A stretch of DNA of 64,000 bases, taken from Oikopleura dioica. Its lineage: Eukaryota > Animalia > Chordata. Below the pieces are notes generated by a model. It saw nothing but the letters and a program-made list of their open reading frames with translations. It had not been told where the DNA came from and made no database searches. The stretch is from the NCBI GenBank assembly GCA_907165135.1, contig OU015568.1, forward strand, positions 12,896,001-12,960,000, read 5' to 3'. Position 1 is the stretch's first letter. Each line of letters begins with the position of its first letter. The position numbers were made by a program, and so were the translations under genes. This document shows, piece by piece, positions 38,686 to 55,021 of the stretch.

Positions 38686-41600
38686 TTGCTGTACCGGCCA
38701 TCATATTTTTTTTCTTATTCCTGTCACTCGTAGAATCTGTAAATAGAACCCCTTAAAATCACACTAACCGCTTCCTATTACCCCTATCGAAACTAAAAAA
38801 TAACGAAACACACGAAATACGTTGTGCCTTAGGATCCTTTACGTTCACTGCCCACTTATCATTTTCATTCTTCTTTCAGGCTAAATTCTAGCTTCAAAAA
38901 TGCCCAAGAGAAGAATCTCCTACTAATTGAAACAACTTCAACAAACTTAAAACATTCACGAATAAATCTTCAATTCTGAAATGAAACCACTGTCCTTTTC
39001 TTTCACTAGAGCAAAATCCAGTCTGTCAGATCTTTGAATATTGAATGTCTGTTGACAATTATCCAGTTTACTAGTTTATTTTTCTGAAAGATAGACAATG
39101 AACCCATCGGATATACCTCCAGGGAAGTTGTATTGTGTTATATACACATTTTTTTATACTTAAATTACGGCGTTTCTCAACGCTCCTTTAAGCCCTATTG
39201 ATCGAAAATTTCCCTTTTTAACGAGGTATGTGTACGTTTTGCAGTCTCGTAGTAGACTTGACAGGTCCAGCGTATAGATGAGTCAGTGCTCAGGGCTCTC
39301 AAAAGAGCTGACAAAGAGAAGATCAATAAATATTTTCCATTTAAAGGGAAGGTTTTCTTGAAAAAAGCTGTTTTCTACGTCTTTTGATGATTTCTACTAC
39401 CAAAAAATAGATTTGTTGTACAGAAATACCATGTTTATTCATCATTAGTTTAGTATTTTTATTATCGTGTGGATTAAGGGAAGTAATTTTATTTATGAAT
39501 AAATGTCATCAGTGGAAGAGGTCTAATTTCAAATGGGTTCATAAAAGTTCCTTGCTTATGTAATGAATTAAAGTCTATTTTATCAAATTAAAAAAGCTCA
39601 ATTATGAATTATAAGCAAGAAGTACCGAGAGAAGTATCTGTTGATGTGGAAAAAGATTCTCAACAGTATTCTAAAAAGTAGCCATCTCATCAGAATGCTA
39701 ACAACATGACTGGCGGGTGATGAAAGTATATCAAATTTTCAAGAATGCCGATCTTTTCAAGCGTGACTCGATCCAAGGAATAATGTTTAAATGGAATGCA
39801 AGCATAAAATACGAATTTAATAGAACGATAAATACTGGAAAGTCACGTCACGAATGGGAAATTTCATATTTTACGACTTCCTATAGAAAAAGTTTATGAT
39901 TTTTTACATATTTGGGTCCAAACGGTGTTTTTAATTTTAGACCTTGGTTTTTCCTTGATGGGCGCTACAAGAAGGGTCATCAGAGCACATCAGAATGTTT
40001 TATGGCGAAGAATAGAGAGAGTTGCGGAATCCAACTGTGGTAGAAAGAGTTGGAGATCATCCAAACTTTCGTTCTAGTTAAATATTTTGCGATTGGAAAG
40101 AAACCAAGTATGCCAAGTTTCACACAAATTAATGTTTGTTATGCGTTTTTTTACTTTCCGAGAGAATATCTTAGAAGATTTCTTTATTTAAGTTTATCGC
40201 CCTTTGTGCCCCCGAGAATCGTAAGTTTACGCTAAAAACTTTTTTAAGTCCTTTAGTTCTTTTTAAGCTTCGCATTCACCAGAAAGACAGATCTGTATAA
40301 ACACGAATAGACTATTCGGAATAGTGTTGTATAAAAACTTTTCTATGGCAAATCGCTTTGAAACTTAGAAATAAGGATATAATTGCAATAGGTGGTCCCT
40401 CTTTTGCTCGTTATCACCTTGATCGCTCTTCGATTACTGGTGGTCTCTCACTTTTCTTGATTGCGTAAAGCCGAGCAAGTGTGTGTGCCTAAGCCGCTAG
40501 AGTCAAGATCGGAGTCTGTCAGACGAAAAACCTCCCACAGACCTTTTAAAAATGACCCAAGTGAATTCGGAACATTTCCCACAGAAAACTCTGTTATTTG
40601 AATGTTAACTCCTTAGTACCTTGTCGTGACAACAGCTTGTCAAACGCTAGGAGACTAGTAATGCTGGAAAATATTATTGTTAAGATTGTAGCAACATCAA
40701 TCATAGTCTTTACTAACCAAAATTTTTGAACGAGAAATATCTATTTTCATTTATTTATGAACATTTGTTTTCCGCCGGGAACCAAGTTAAAGCATTAATA
40801 TTTAATCTGTTTTCGAAAGAAAAAGCAATCCAGGTATTGCGTTGTTTTGACTTTATTCCCGATTTTCAGTCGTTCATTCATCACTCCATTGTTACATTTC
40901 TGAGCGATCAAACAAAAGCGTTGTTTTAATGCCAGTTAATGCGCTGTCAGAACAACACCTCAGTCGAGCAATTCAATCCAAACGGGGACTGTGGACCCTT
41001 TCGTTCGTTGAACACTGGATCGTTGTCGGACAATTCGCATTGGAATAGTTCTGTCGCATTTAGCTGCGCGCATTTTTCTCCCTTCGCGTGTCCAACCCAG
41101 ACGACGTTCAACTTCAGCCGGAGAGTCCTCACGTTCGGCAACAATTTTTCATAAACAAGAGGAGCACTAGCGAGCGTGAGCTGAGCGATTCAAACATCGT
41201 CCACAAGTGCACCCAACACCGCAAATTACAACTCAACTCTTTCTTCTCTTTTCACACACAAAAAATACAAAATAAGATATAAAAACGCACACCCCGCTCG
41301 CTAAAAAAAGATACGCCCGCGCAGCCCCCTTACGCCTGATCTTTGCGCTCAAAGGTACTCTACTTTTTCCTTGAATCTTTTTTACAATCCGAAATGTTTC
41401 TTGAAAGTTTCCAACTATTACCCCTGTATATAATCATCCATTAGGACTTTCTATGGTCTATTGAATACCAGGCGAACATTTTTCTTTTTCAGAATCCCAA
41501 CAATAGCCCTGTACGTCATCGCAATTATTAAGTACCACATCAAATAGTTGGTAATAAAAGTACACGATTAATTGAAGAATGTGGCGCGATGTGTTTTTTC

Positions 41601-43169
41601 TGACGGCCAAACTGTTAATTTGTCAATTATCAGGTGTAAGTTTTTAAGAACATGAGCAATTTTTAATCCTTTCGAAGACGTTTAGGCCTGTGTGGGCACA
41701 CAGTAAAATTGCACGAGATGGAAATTTGTATCGAAAGCCTGGTTTTCTTCGATAAGTTTTCGAAGATAAAAACAAGTGATACTCAAATAGATTCGTACAA
41801 ATCGATCGTCTTGAGAATCGCCTTCTCGGTCTATCAAGATGGCGACGCTTATTTGATCAACACTAACTTCACTTTTATTAAAAAATTAGCCTTAGAAGTT
41901 GGAACTGACCTAGGTCAAAAGAACGTTAACAACAGGGGACTTGGAATACCCGCGAATTTCCAAAACATTTCGAAGATATGACATCATCAAAATAACTCGT
42001 GCTACAATAGCTACCTCCAACTCAAGTTACGCATTTTTACGTTTCATCAGGAAGAAATTGATTTATTTTAATACTTGAATTCAACTGTGCTTTCGCAATC
42101 GGGACTCGTGTTGAGGATCAGTTGCGAGGAGGAAGAATCAAAATATTTTTGGATCAGCGAGAAAGCAAGTCTCACAGCCCGCCCATCAAACAGAGAGAGA
42201 AAGTCCTCTTGGAGATAAAACTGGCCCCATCGAGTACAAAGGTGACCTCAAAATACGAGAACGGTCTTATTACAAAAATAATCAATTTTATTCTGAAAAA
42301 GTTCACTAATTTTTTATTTTTTCGGAAAGTCTTAATCTAGTGCTATGTGTAGAATAAATAGCTTTGTCAATTTATGGAAAATTGAGTTTATTTTTGCGTT
42401 AAAATTACAATTATACTTGGCTAGACAAAGAGGAGTTGCCTTGTCCACCAAAAATAAACCGCGCGGGCACCAGGAGCATCAGAATTGCCCAGGCAGCGGG
42501 TGTTGGAGGTGACAAACGACTTGAGGGCAATAGAGTTTAGTCGCAGCATGAAGGTAGTCGCGATCCCACAACTACTCCATTCAGCCACCTTACGAGCGCC
42601 AAATGTTCCACGCAGAGAATTCCCACCCTTCAAAGTTTTTTTTCCTTTTTCACTAAAAATAAATATTTTTACTAGATTTAATGCCCATCAGTTTTTTTCT
42701 CTAGAGGCTTGTTGGGAAATACTCGTACGAAAAGGACATTCGAACTTACGAAATTATTCAACGAACAGAGATTTCTTCCTGCCCGAAATCGTCCAAAGGA
42801 AGATTAATTATAAGAATAACAGCTGATACCAAAATAAATAACCACCCCTAAGTACCTATTAGGAACCTATTAGTACCTAGGTATTTTTATTTAAAAAGTC
42901 CCCCTAAACCATGCCCGTCGTACAGGCACATGCTCTTGAATAAAAAGTTTGAGAAAGGTCACCCAGTTTCTCTTGTTTCACAGCGTCACAAGTCCTTTGA
43001 GCAAAATCTACGCCATCCTCATATTACCGTCTAGCTTTGTAAAATACTCCAAAGCGGCATAATCCTCTGTCAACTTTGCTGATTTGCAGTCAATGCTGAT
43101 TATACAAATTTAGACTGAAATCGGTACTTGGAAAGAACAAGCTCTTTGTGAGAAGAAACTCATTTCACC

Positions 43170-46797
<3,628 letters not shown>

Positions 46798-47131
46798 AGA
46801 TAAATTTCAATCGACATCGAAGACGCTTTCTTTCAAAGTTCAAATTCTCACCTTCCTTTTATCCGCACATTCTCCACGCATTTTTTCCAGAACACTCTAT
46901 TCTGCTTCCATATTCTAGCGCCGGGAAAATGGACGATTACGACCCTTTCTCGCTATCCCGAAGAAAAATTTAGGCGAGGATGGAAGCTACCGAGTCGTTC
47001 GGTAGGCTACTGAATTATTCGGCTGGCTATCGAATTAGGGCTTTTATCGTTTCTTTTCTCGGCGTCTTGGAATCAGACCAGATGTCAACAGTCAATCGGC
47101 CATTCATTTTTATCCTCACATAAGTGTCAAT

Positions 47132-47900
47132 TTAAGGCTATAACCTCTCTTTTGGCCTCTCTGGAAAACGGACTTCCTTTGGTCGATTTCAAAAATTGAA
47201 AAGGCTCATATACTCAAAATCTATCGTAGATTTCAGAAATGCGATCAAAAATTATTTTTTCTTTCGAAATTTCGTTTTTACGATCATTTGAAAAACGCCA
47301 TTCGGTTTTCCGAAGAATTTTACCATTACAGAGGTAGATTTTTTTCGATCAATTGATAGATTAAAGCCTTCTCTACAATCCCTACGGAGAAAATCTTCGG
47401 TATATGTTCAAATTTTCATTCTAGGGCCATGTTAGTGCTGGCACCTGAGGATAAAAATGCGCGTGGACGCGCTGCGCGGAGTGCTATCCTCCAGGCCAAA
47501 AAGAGAGCGCTGTTGGCGAGCGTGTGAGTCAAGCGATTCATCGCGCTCTGATTGGCTGCGCGGATCTCAAGCGTCAGTCTATAAACAAAAGAGTTTTAAA
47601 AGAGAGAACCATAATCAGAATTTGGACAATTTCTTAAAATTTTTTCCAGAGGGATCATAGAATATGCTCTACTTAATATTATTATCGGGTTTATTCTACC
47701 TCAGAGCTTCCAGTTTTCTTGGAAAACCGAATGGCGATTTTTGAATGATTCTAGGGCAAAAAATTACTAAAGAAAAGTATTTTTTGATGGCATTTTTGAA
47801 TTCTTTAGGAAAAAACAAGTATGTTTGCCTTTTAAATTTTTGAAATCGACCAAAGAAAGTCCGTTTTCCAGAGAGGCCAAAAGAGAGGTTATAGCCTTAA
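47132..47900. mobile_element. Non-autonomous DNA transposon with TTAA flanks (Kolobok/piggyBac-type TSD)
   Basis: 66-bp inverted repeat (including TTAA) at 47132-47197 and 47835-47900 with one mismatch; termini TTAA|GGCTATAACC...GGTTATAGCC|TTAA; inner 16-bp perfect IR 47296-47311 / 47721-47736. Confidence 0.88.
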
Positions 47901-50199
47901 TAGAATTCTCGAATTTACAATTTAGTTGAAAAATAATTTTCAGTTTCACGGATAATTGGGGTTCAGCCTAATTTTACTAAGAATTCGACAGTTAAAATTC
48001 AAAGTTTTTATCAGTTCCAAAGAGTCCAAAATTTCCAAAAACAGTTCCCGCCTGACTCCACAGAATAAAAAAAAAGAAAAAAAGTCGTCACTCTTTGAAA
48101 AGACAGCGTTATGGCTTGAGCCATACAGTAAAATGCAAAAAAAAAGCAAAACGAAAATCACCGTAAGAAAAACAATTTGCAAGATCCTTTCTTTGCGCAT
48201 CTCCTTTTTCATTTTCAAACCACTTCAGTTTCAGACTCACACTTACTGTAATTTTTGACAGAAAAAATGAAGTTGCATTTGCATTTAAAATTCCCGTGCT
48301 TCCATCTTTTTCAATATTTCTTATTTCACTTTCGATTTCTTATCACTTTCAAATTTGCGCCATTTATAGTTATGAATCTCCCGATTTCTCAAAAACTTTA
48401 TTTTGAGGTGATGTTTTGTAAAAAAACCTTCAAGCTTTTCGGAAGAGTGTATTTCTACCACTAGTTTCCTCACGTTCCATTATTTCCTTTTAGTTCACAA
48501 AAGATATTAACAAACAAAAACCTTTTTGCGAAAAAATAAAGCAAAATATGATCACGGAATTTTCGCAGTGCGAAAATTTCCCCAAATCTTGTCAGAAAAC
48601 TCAAACAAGATCAAATTAAAATAATTTGCATCGAACAAAAATCACAACTATCCGTAAAATCCTTTATTGCTTTTGTCTGTTTCCCTTGAATAATAATCTT
48701 CTTTGACGATCGTCTATCATGAGTATCAATGATCGTCCATCGTGATTCGATCTGATGACCTGAAATCTTCCGTTTTGAGCTGCAAAGGATCAAAGCGCCA
48801 AAAGTCATCTGATACGATTAATTTGTTTGTTTCCATTAATTTGATTTTTATCCGTTTTTATGCTTCTGTAGTCTTGACTCAACGATGAATCCAGCCTTTT
48901 TCTATTTTCTTGATTCTTAGCATGCCAAATGCTGGTTTTGCTTGAATCATTTTCAACAGTGTTCAATTTGCTGGCTCCCTTTCTTGAATAAAAGTTATTC
49001 CCATGTTTTTTGAAATTTCAAACCAGCTTTTTAAAATGCAGCTTACGAATGATATTCTCCGCTTCTCACTATTTCCCGAGCTTATATTTATTATTTACGC
49101 ATTTTTCTGGTGCTGCAACGCTTGAATTTTTCTTTTCTATTCACAATTATTAGATAGTAGCCATAACTCGTTCTATCTACCGTTAAACCTCACTTACTCA
49201 CTTATTCTTCTTTTTCACTCGCCACTTTTTTTTAATTGAACTGATTTTAAAGTTAAAATAACATTTATTATCTGCGATTTTTTAACGTTAACTCTTCATG
49301 TTCCCCTTTCAAAAATAAAATTAAAAAAAAAATATTCCCTTTTCCAGTCGATCGATTCTGAAAATCACAAGTTGAAATTTAAGAAAATGCCTCACCGTCA
49401 CTTGAAAATTTGAAACCTCTCAAAACCGGAATCCACCTGATGTGCTTGATCAAAACATCAATCAGAACAGCTCATTCAGCCGGGACGAAGCTCGCTGACT
49501 AAACACGGGAATGCACGACGCTAGAAGTCACTGCTCATCCATCACTTTAGGTAATCGAAAAAGAAATGCAGAAAACTGGTTTTGTGAAAAATTCCGTTTA
49601 TCAAACCATATCCAATTTTGGTAGTTAGTGCTATGAAGCACAGTTTTGTCCACTGCGTTTCCGGGCCTTGGAAAAATTTGAAATATGATAATTTTGCTAT
49701 AATAAATTCGCTTAGCGCCTACCAGGGTGTCCATTCATGCTATTACTGACGGAAATGTGTGATTATTACTGTTGGAAAAATTGGCGATTCGACTTCCATA
49801 TAGAGCCGAAAATGGACATAGAAAAGGGAAACCATCCAATAATTGTAACAAGATCAGTTTCCGTAGATTGCGGACACTAGAGATCCTTCGGGTATCGCCG
49901 CTTCCTCGTAAAGCCAGATAAAACGTGGATAGAGGTCAATTAGACTCTCGTCGCCCCTTATCATCACAGTAAATCAGTACCCATGGCCCAATACATCCCT
50001 TATTCCGCTTCAGCGCCATCTGCTGATGCAGGGAAATGCACTCAGCCGGTTTCCACTTCGGTGCCTCCTTGTTGTTGCGCCACCACCCTCATCCGTCAAT
50101 ATAATCCGCTTACCGGTTCCAGTCTACCATATCAACTCGGTCAGAGTCTCAAACAAAAACCAAAGTTTCACCTTCAAAAAACAAAAAAAAAAACAAAAA

Positions 50200-51354
50200 A
50201 TGATTTTTTCGACCATCTCCCTTTTTCTCTTACCAAGCATTGCTTTAGCAAACCGCGAACGACGACAAGCTCCAACAGAGATTGACGAATACGACTACGA
50301 CGAAGCGTTCTTCGCCGAGGCTGCTCTCTACGGAGACTACTACGATGATCTCGCAGCGTTGGAAGCGATGCTTGCTGAGTTCGAAGCTGAATACGGAGAT
50401 TACACCGCTGAGGATGATGCTCTGCTGGCTGAATTAGACGCTCTATTGGAAGAAGAAGCGAAACAAGATGCTGCACCCACAACAACCATTGCTAAAACTA
50501 CTACAACCAAAAAAGTCACAACTACGACTACCACCACAACGACTACTACCACAACGACTACTTCCACAACGACTACCACCACAGCGACTACCACCACAAG
50601 GACTACCACCACAACGACTACCACCAGTACAACTACAACCTCTACAACTAAAACCACTACGACTTCTACGACTACGACTAGCACCACTACGACTAGCACC
50701 ACTACGACTACCACCACTACGACTACGACCACTACGACTACCACCACTACGACTACCACCACTACGACTACCACCACTACGACTACCACCACTACGACTA
50801 CCACCACTACCACAACCAAGGCTACTACAACTAGGAAGGCTACAACTACAACCACCACAGCAACAACTTCTTCAACCACCACAACTGCTGAGACCACCAC
50901 CACAACCAACAAGAAAGCAACCACTTCAAAATTCATCGAGGAAGCACCAACTACTACTACTGCTGAAGTTTCAACTAAAACGCCCATCACGACGACTGAA
51001 TTTGCTGCTACTACTGAAACTAAGCCAACCACTACAACAACGACCAAAAAAGCCACGACTTCTACAACTAAAAATGTCACCACGACCTCGACAAAAGCTC
51101 AAGATGAAGTTGTCTCTACTCAAAACAACGATGTTCTCGAGCGAACTTCTGCCAGACCCAAGATCGAGACGACCACCACCCCTGAGCCAAAAGTCAATGT
51201 GCACTCCGATGATAACGATGAAATCGAGTTTGTCGAGACTGTCTTCGAAAAGCTCCTTCAAGAAGAATTTCCTGAAGACGATGTCGAGATTCTCGAAGCT
51301 GGCTTCCTCCCACTTGGTTTCTCCTTCGCCATACTGTCTATTCTTCTTTTGTAA
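50200..51354 (+). CDS. Secreted Thr-rich mucin-like protein with probable GPI signal
   Basis: Signal MIFSTISLFLLPSIALA, RERR site, acidic Tyr-rich head, Thr-rich stalk with 40 consecutive Thr, hydrophobic end GFLPLGFSFAILSILLL*. Confidence 0.85.
   Translation: MIFSTISLFLLPSIALANRERRQAPTEIDEYDYDEAFFAEAALYGDYYDDLAALEAMLAEFEAEYGDYTAEDDALLAELDALLEEEAKQDAAPTTTIAKTTTTKKVTTTTTTTTTTTTTTTSTTTTTTATTTTRTTTTTTTTSTTTTSTTKTTTTSTTTTSTTTTSTTTTTTTTTTTTTTTTTTTTTTTTTTTTTTTTTTTTTTTTKATTTRKATTTTTTATTSSTTTTAETTTTTNKKATTSKFIEEAPTTTTAEVSTKTPITTTEFAATTETKPTTTTTTKKATTSTTKNVTTTSTKAQDEVVSTQNNDVLERTSARPKIETTTTPEPKVNVHSDDNDEIEFVETVFEKLLQEEFPEDDVEILEAGFLPLGFSFAILSILLL
50698..50817 (+). repeat. 15-bp minisatellite (ACTACGACTACCACC)n encoding poly-Thr
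   Basis: Tandem 5-codon unit visible at 50701-50810. Confidence 0.9.
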
Positions 51355-51440
51355 TTTATGTATTCTTCTATTTTCACTGCCTTCTACGTGCTTAATAAAA
51401 AGGAAAAAAATAAGATGAGAAGTTTTCATATGATCTTAGA

Positions 51441-54400
51441 ATGGCTCCTGCTCAGAATACTGAGCAGACAGTCCCGCAACTCTTCACCGAGCTTCAAAAA
51501 TCGATCCAAAAGCAAGACTATGAAAGCGTGATCAAAGTTTCGAACAAAATCCTTCATACAAAGGAGGGATACAATGATCAAGACGCCTTGAGATGCAAGA
51601 CAATCGCGCAAATCGAATTAGAAAAGTACGCAGATGCGATCAAGAGCTTGAATCAAACTGACAACGAGCTGCATTTTGAAAAAGCATATTGCTTCTATCG
51701 CATTCAAAATAACGAAAAAGCGCTGGAAATCCTGGAAAAATTTCCAGATGATGAAAAGTGCAACGAACTCCGTGCACAGCTCTATTTCCGACTTGAGCGA
51801 TGGGAGGAGGCATTTGAAATCTACCAGGATGCTCTTCGAAATACAGTCGACAACTTTGAGCCCGAAAGAATCGCAAATATGATAGCTTGTGCTGCTATGG
51901 TTTCCCAATATCGCCCAGGCACTGTCGCAGAAAAGAAGGAGTTGAGTGATAACTACGATCCTCGTGTTACTGGCGATACATACGAAGCCGCTTTCAATAA
52001 TGCTTGCCGCCTTACTGGTGCTGGAGATTACGAAAATGCGCAGGAAGAGCTCGTCCGTGCAGAGCAACTCTGCCGATCAACTGCCGAAGACTTTGACGAG
52101 GATGTCGGGAGTGAACTGGTTGGTATCCGATTCCAGAGTGGCTACATCAAACAAGTCACTGGGAAAGTGAAAGAAGCAAAAACGGCTTACAATTTAGTCA
52201 TCGATACTTCAAACGACCCGCTTTACAATGCTTTAGCTAACCATAACTTGGGAACGCTGAACAAGGCTGACAATATCCTCGACTCTCGAAAGAAGTTTAA
52301 ATCTATCCAAGCAACGAATATTGATGCTAAGCTAGTTGGCCCGCAAAGAACCGCTGCAACGAAGAATCGAGCGCTTCTTGCTTTATACAGTGGCAAACCA
52401 GCTGAATGTCGAAAAATTCTAGGCAAAATTGCTACTGACGACGATGTGATCAACGCTTCGATTCTTTTTCAAGAGAAAGAGTACATTCAAGCTTCTGCAG
52501 AACTGCTTAAATGGGGCCAGCAAAATGCACAGGCAGAGCTTGCGGCGATCAAAGCGGCTTCCATGTTTATTGAAGGTACTATTAATTCGTTAGTGTCACT
52601 ACTTATCTAGCGTTTAAATGGGCCTTTTCCATCACATGTGCAGTGACTTCAGTTCATTCTAGTTTGCACTCCGGAGGACTACTCCTAATCATAAGTATAA
52701 GTTTAACGTCATTTAAGCTGGCGAACTGACTCACGCGGCGAGCATGCTCGAAGCCCTCCCAGTTAATCTTCGGCATGATCCTACAATTTCCAACATGCTG
52801 ATTGCGATTCACACCGAGACTGGAAATCACGAGAAGGCGGAAAGTGCACTTGATATGGCGATTTCCTATCAAAAAAAGAATGCTGGAAATAATACCACTA
52901 ATGTAGTGAAGATGCTGCGTCGATCAGGGTGGTTCTTATATAAATTATTGTAATGAAAGAATCATTTTATTTCTCATTCTAGTTTATCCGTATTTTACAT
53001 ATTCATCCTTGATTTTAATCCTTTTGGCCTTTGAAGCGTCCATCCGGTCAAGATGCTCATCAAATTTTAGTTTTCATTCAAATTTTAAGAGCCTTTTATT
53101 AGCTCAGTACAAAATCGATTCTGGTGATACTGAAGCTGCCGCTCTCATGCTAGAAGAAATTCATAAAGCAGAGGTATGATAGACAGACTCATTAGTATGA
53201 TTTCTTTTTCTCTCTGCGTAGCCAAACAACCTCGCTGTCGTTGCCGAATTAATAAATGCCTACTCCAAAATCGATCCTAAGAAAGCTGCTGTAGTTTCAT
53301 CACGGCTCCCGTCTCTCGAAGAGCTCACTGCAGATCTAGGTAACAAAACAAAAGGTGAAAAGATCGACATTTCTTAGATCTCGAGGACATCGAAACATGG
53401 GCGAAGCAGACTTCTTACAAAAAGGTCGTGAAGAAAGTAGATGAGACAAAACAAGAAGCTAAAATTGCCGACGAAGCGGCTCCTCGAAAAACCAAGTCGA
53501 AAAAGAAAAAGAAGCCTCGATATCCGAAGAACTTTGATCCAGAAGCGCCCAACAATGCCGCCGTCGACCCATACCGGTGGATGCCCTTGCGAGAACGACC
53601 TTATTACAAAGGCCCGTGATGCGATAATTTTTATTAGTCTGGAACTGCGGTCTCATCGATAGAATCAAGAAAGTCCATGAGAAGATCACATTTTTTATTA
53701 TCAAAAATCCACCCCTGAGGAGTGTCTGAGATTGTCGTAAGGCTGATGTGAACCAGGGAGAAATGTCTATCTTCGATTATCAATTCAGTCTAGCCAAAAA
53801 CCGTCATTGACTTTAATTTAATTTGATACTCTTCTCTGAGTTCATTCTCCTATTTAGGGCAGCATAAGTGACAATTGTCAGCAATTTTGCTTTTCGAATT
53901 TCGTTGAGTATAATGGGCGTTATGTTTTTGGAAATTTGAATTGGAAATTCCGTACGTCAATATCGTTTGACACGGAAAGCCAGCTACACAATTTCCTTGA
54001 TTCATATTAACTCAGAATTCCGCTAGGAAGCGACAAAATGACGCTAAAAGGCTTTTACGCATTGAAATATCCAGTTATGGAAGTGCTCCCTTTTAGGGAC
54101 CAAAAACACGTAATTTATCAATAAATTCCTAATTGGTTCGGAACTTATACGCACCACTTGTTAAGGAAAGCGTCGTGATAACAGAGCCAAGATTGGTGTC
54201 GGAAACCAAGGTGTTGCTGGACAACAAGATCTTATGGAACGTCTTGATCGGTCGAATGCCCATAACAGGTTAGTAGACGATCGTCTGACAATTAAGTTTT
54301 CATGTAGTTTTATTTCTGCCCATACTTACTCAGCCTTAGCCCGAGAGCAGCTGCTTCCCCTCGAACAGACGCTGGACCTACGAAGAAGCCCCAAAAGAAA

Positions 54401-54448
54401 ACTACCAAAAAAGGAGGCAAAAAGCCTGGCAAAAAAGGAAAACGATAG
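51441..54448 (+). CDS. SRP72: Signal recognition particle subunit SRP72
   Basis: TPR-like N-terminus (FEKAYCFYR, ELRAQLYFRLE), RNA-binding motif KKKPRYPKNFDP...DPYRWMPLRERPYY, final exons KIGVGNQG and KKGGKKPGKKGKR*. Confidence 0.93.
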
Positions 54449-55021
54449 AAGATCTCTTCTTCTTTCACGCAGTTGTTTGTACTCGGTGCAATTCGTTAGG
54501 TTTAGTAAAAATGCTATTCAAGTATTTTCTTCAATGATTTCCCAATGACGCTTCATCCCTTTTCACTGACTCACTCTAACCCTCTTGTTCAGTGTAGTAA
54601 TAAATTTAGTGAGCAACAATAACTCGTGAGCAATTTGTAGATCAAAGGCCCCGTTAACGAGGAGTGAATGAGTTTCATGGGATGAGTAAGGGTTCAGGCA
54701 CACCTGCTGAGGTATGCTCGCATTTTAGGATTAGCTTTGCGGTCGCCCGAAGCAAGTGCCAACTTGGGCGTCATGATGATGATGTATGCTAGTGATATCA
54801 TGATTTTCTATTTTTATAACTCGTTGACAAGTGCTGTTTATAGCTATTCAAGAGTACTAGCTCTGAGGGATTAATTTTTGGAGACGCGGGGGTATTTTGC
54901 AATCATGGAAGAGTACAATCAAATTGTATTTTTAGCTTGTCACTTTTTTGAACTTGCTTTGAGATCAAGTGATGAAATCAACATGGAATTTTAAATAAGG
55001 TATCATTTATTTATGTTATTC

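Noticed and set aside
38700-43100. 4.4-kb stretch with scattered short ORFs and small tandem duplications (e.g. TCAAATGACATTAAA twice at about 43226)
   Set aside because: No ORF joins into a plausible gene and no TIR/TSD pair was found; treated as intergenic or regulatory DNA upstream of Akt.
50400-51418. Poly-Val antisense ORF and Pro/Leu-rich alternative-frame ORF
   Set aside because: Shadows of the Thr minisatellite; the same applies to the Val-rich antisense ORFs at 25355-25840 and 28902-29324.
54677-54687. Minus-strand ACTCATCCCAT matching the start of the Oikopleura SL exon as I recall it, within an imperfect hairpin (about 54551-54690)
   Set aside because: The match stops after 11 nt and no donor or Sm site follows; not supportable as an SL RNA gene.
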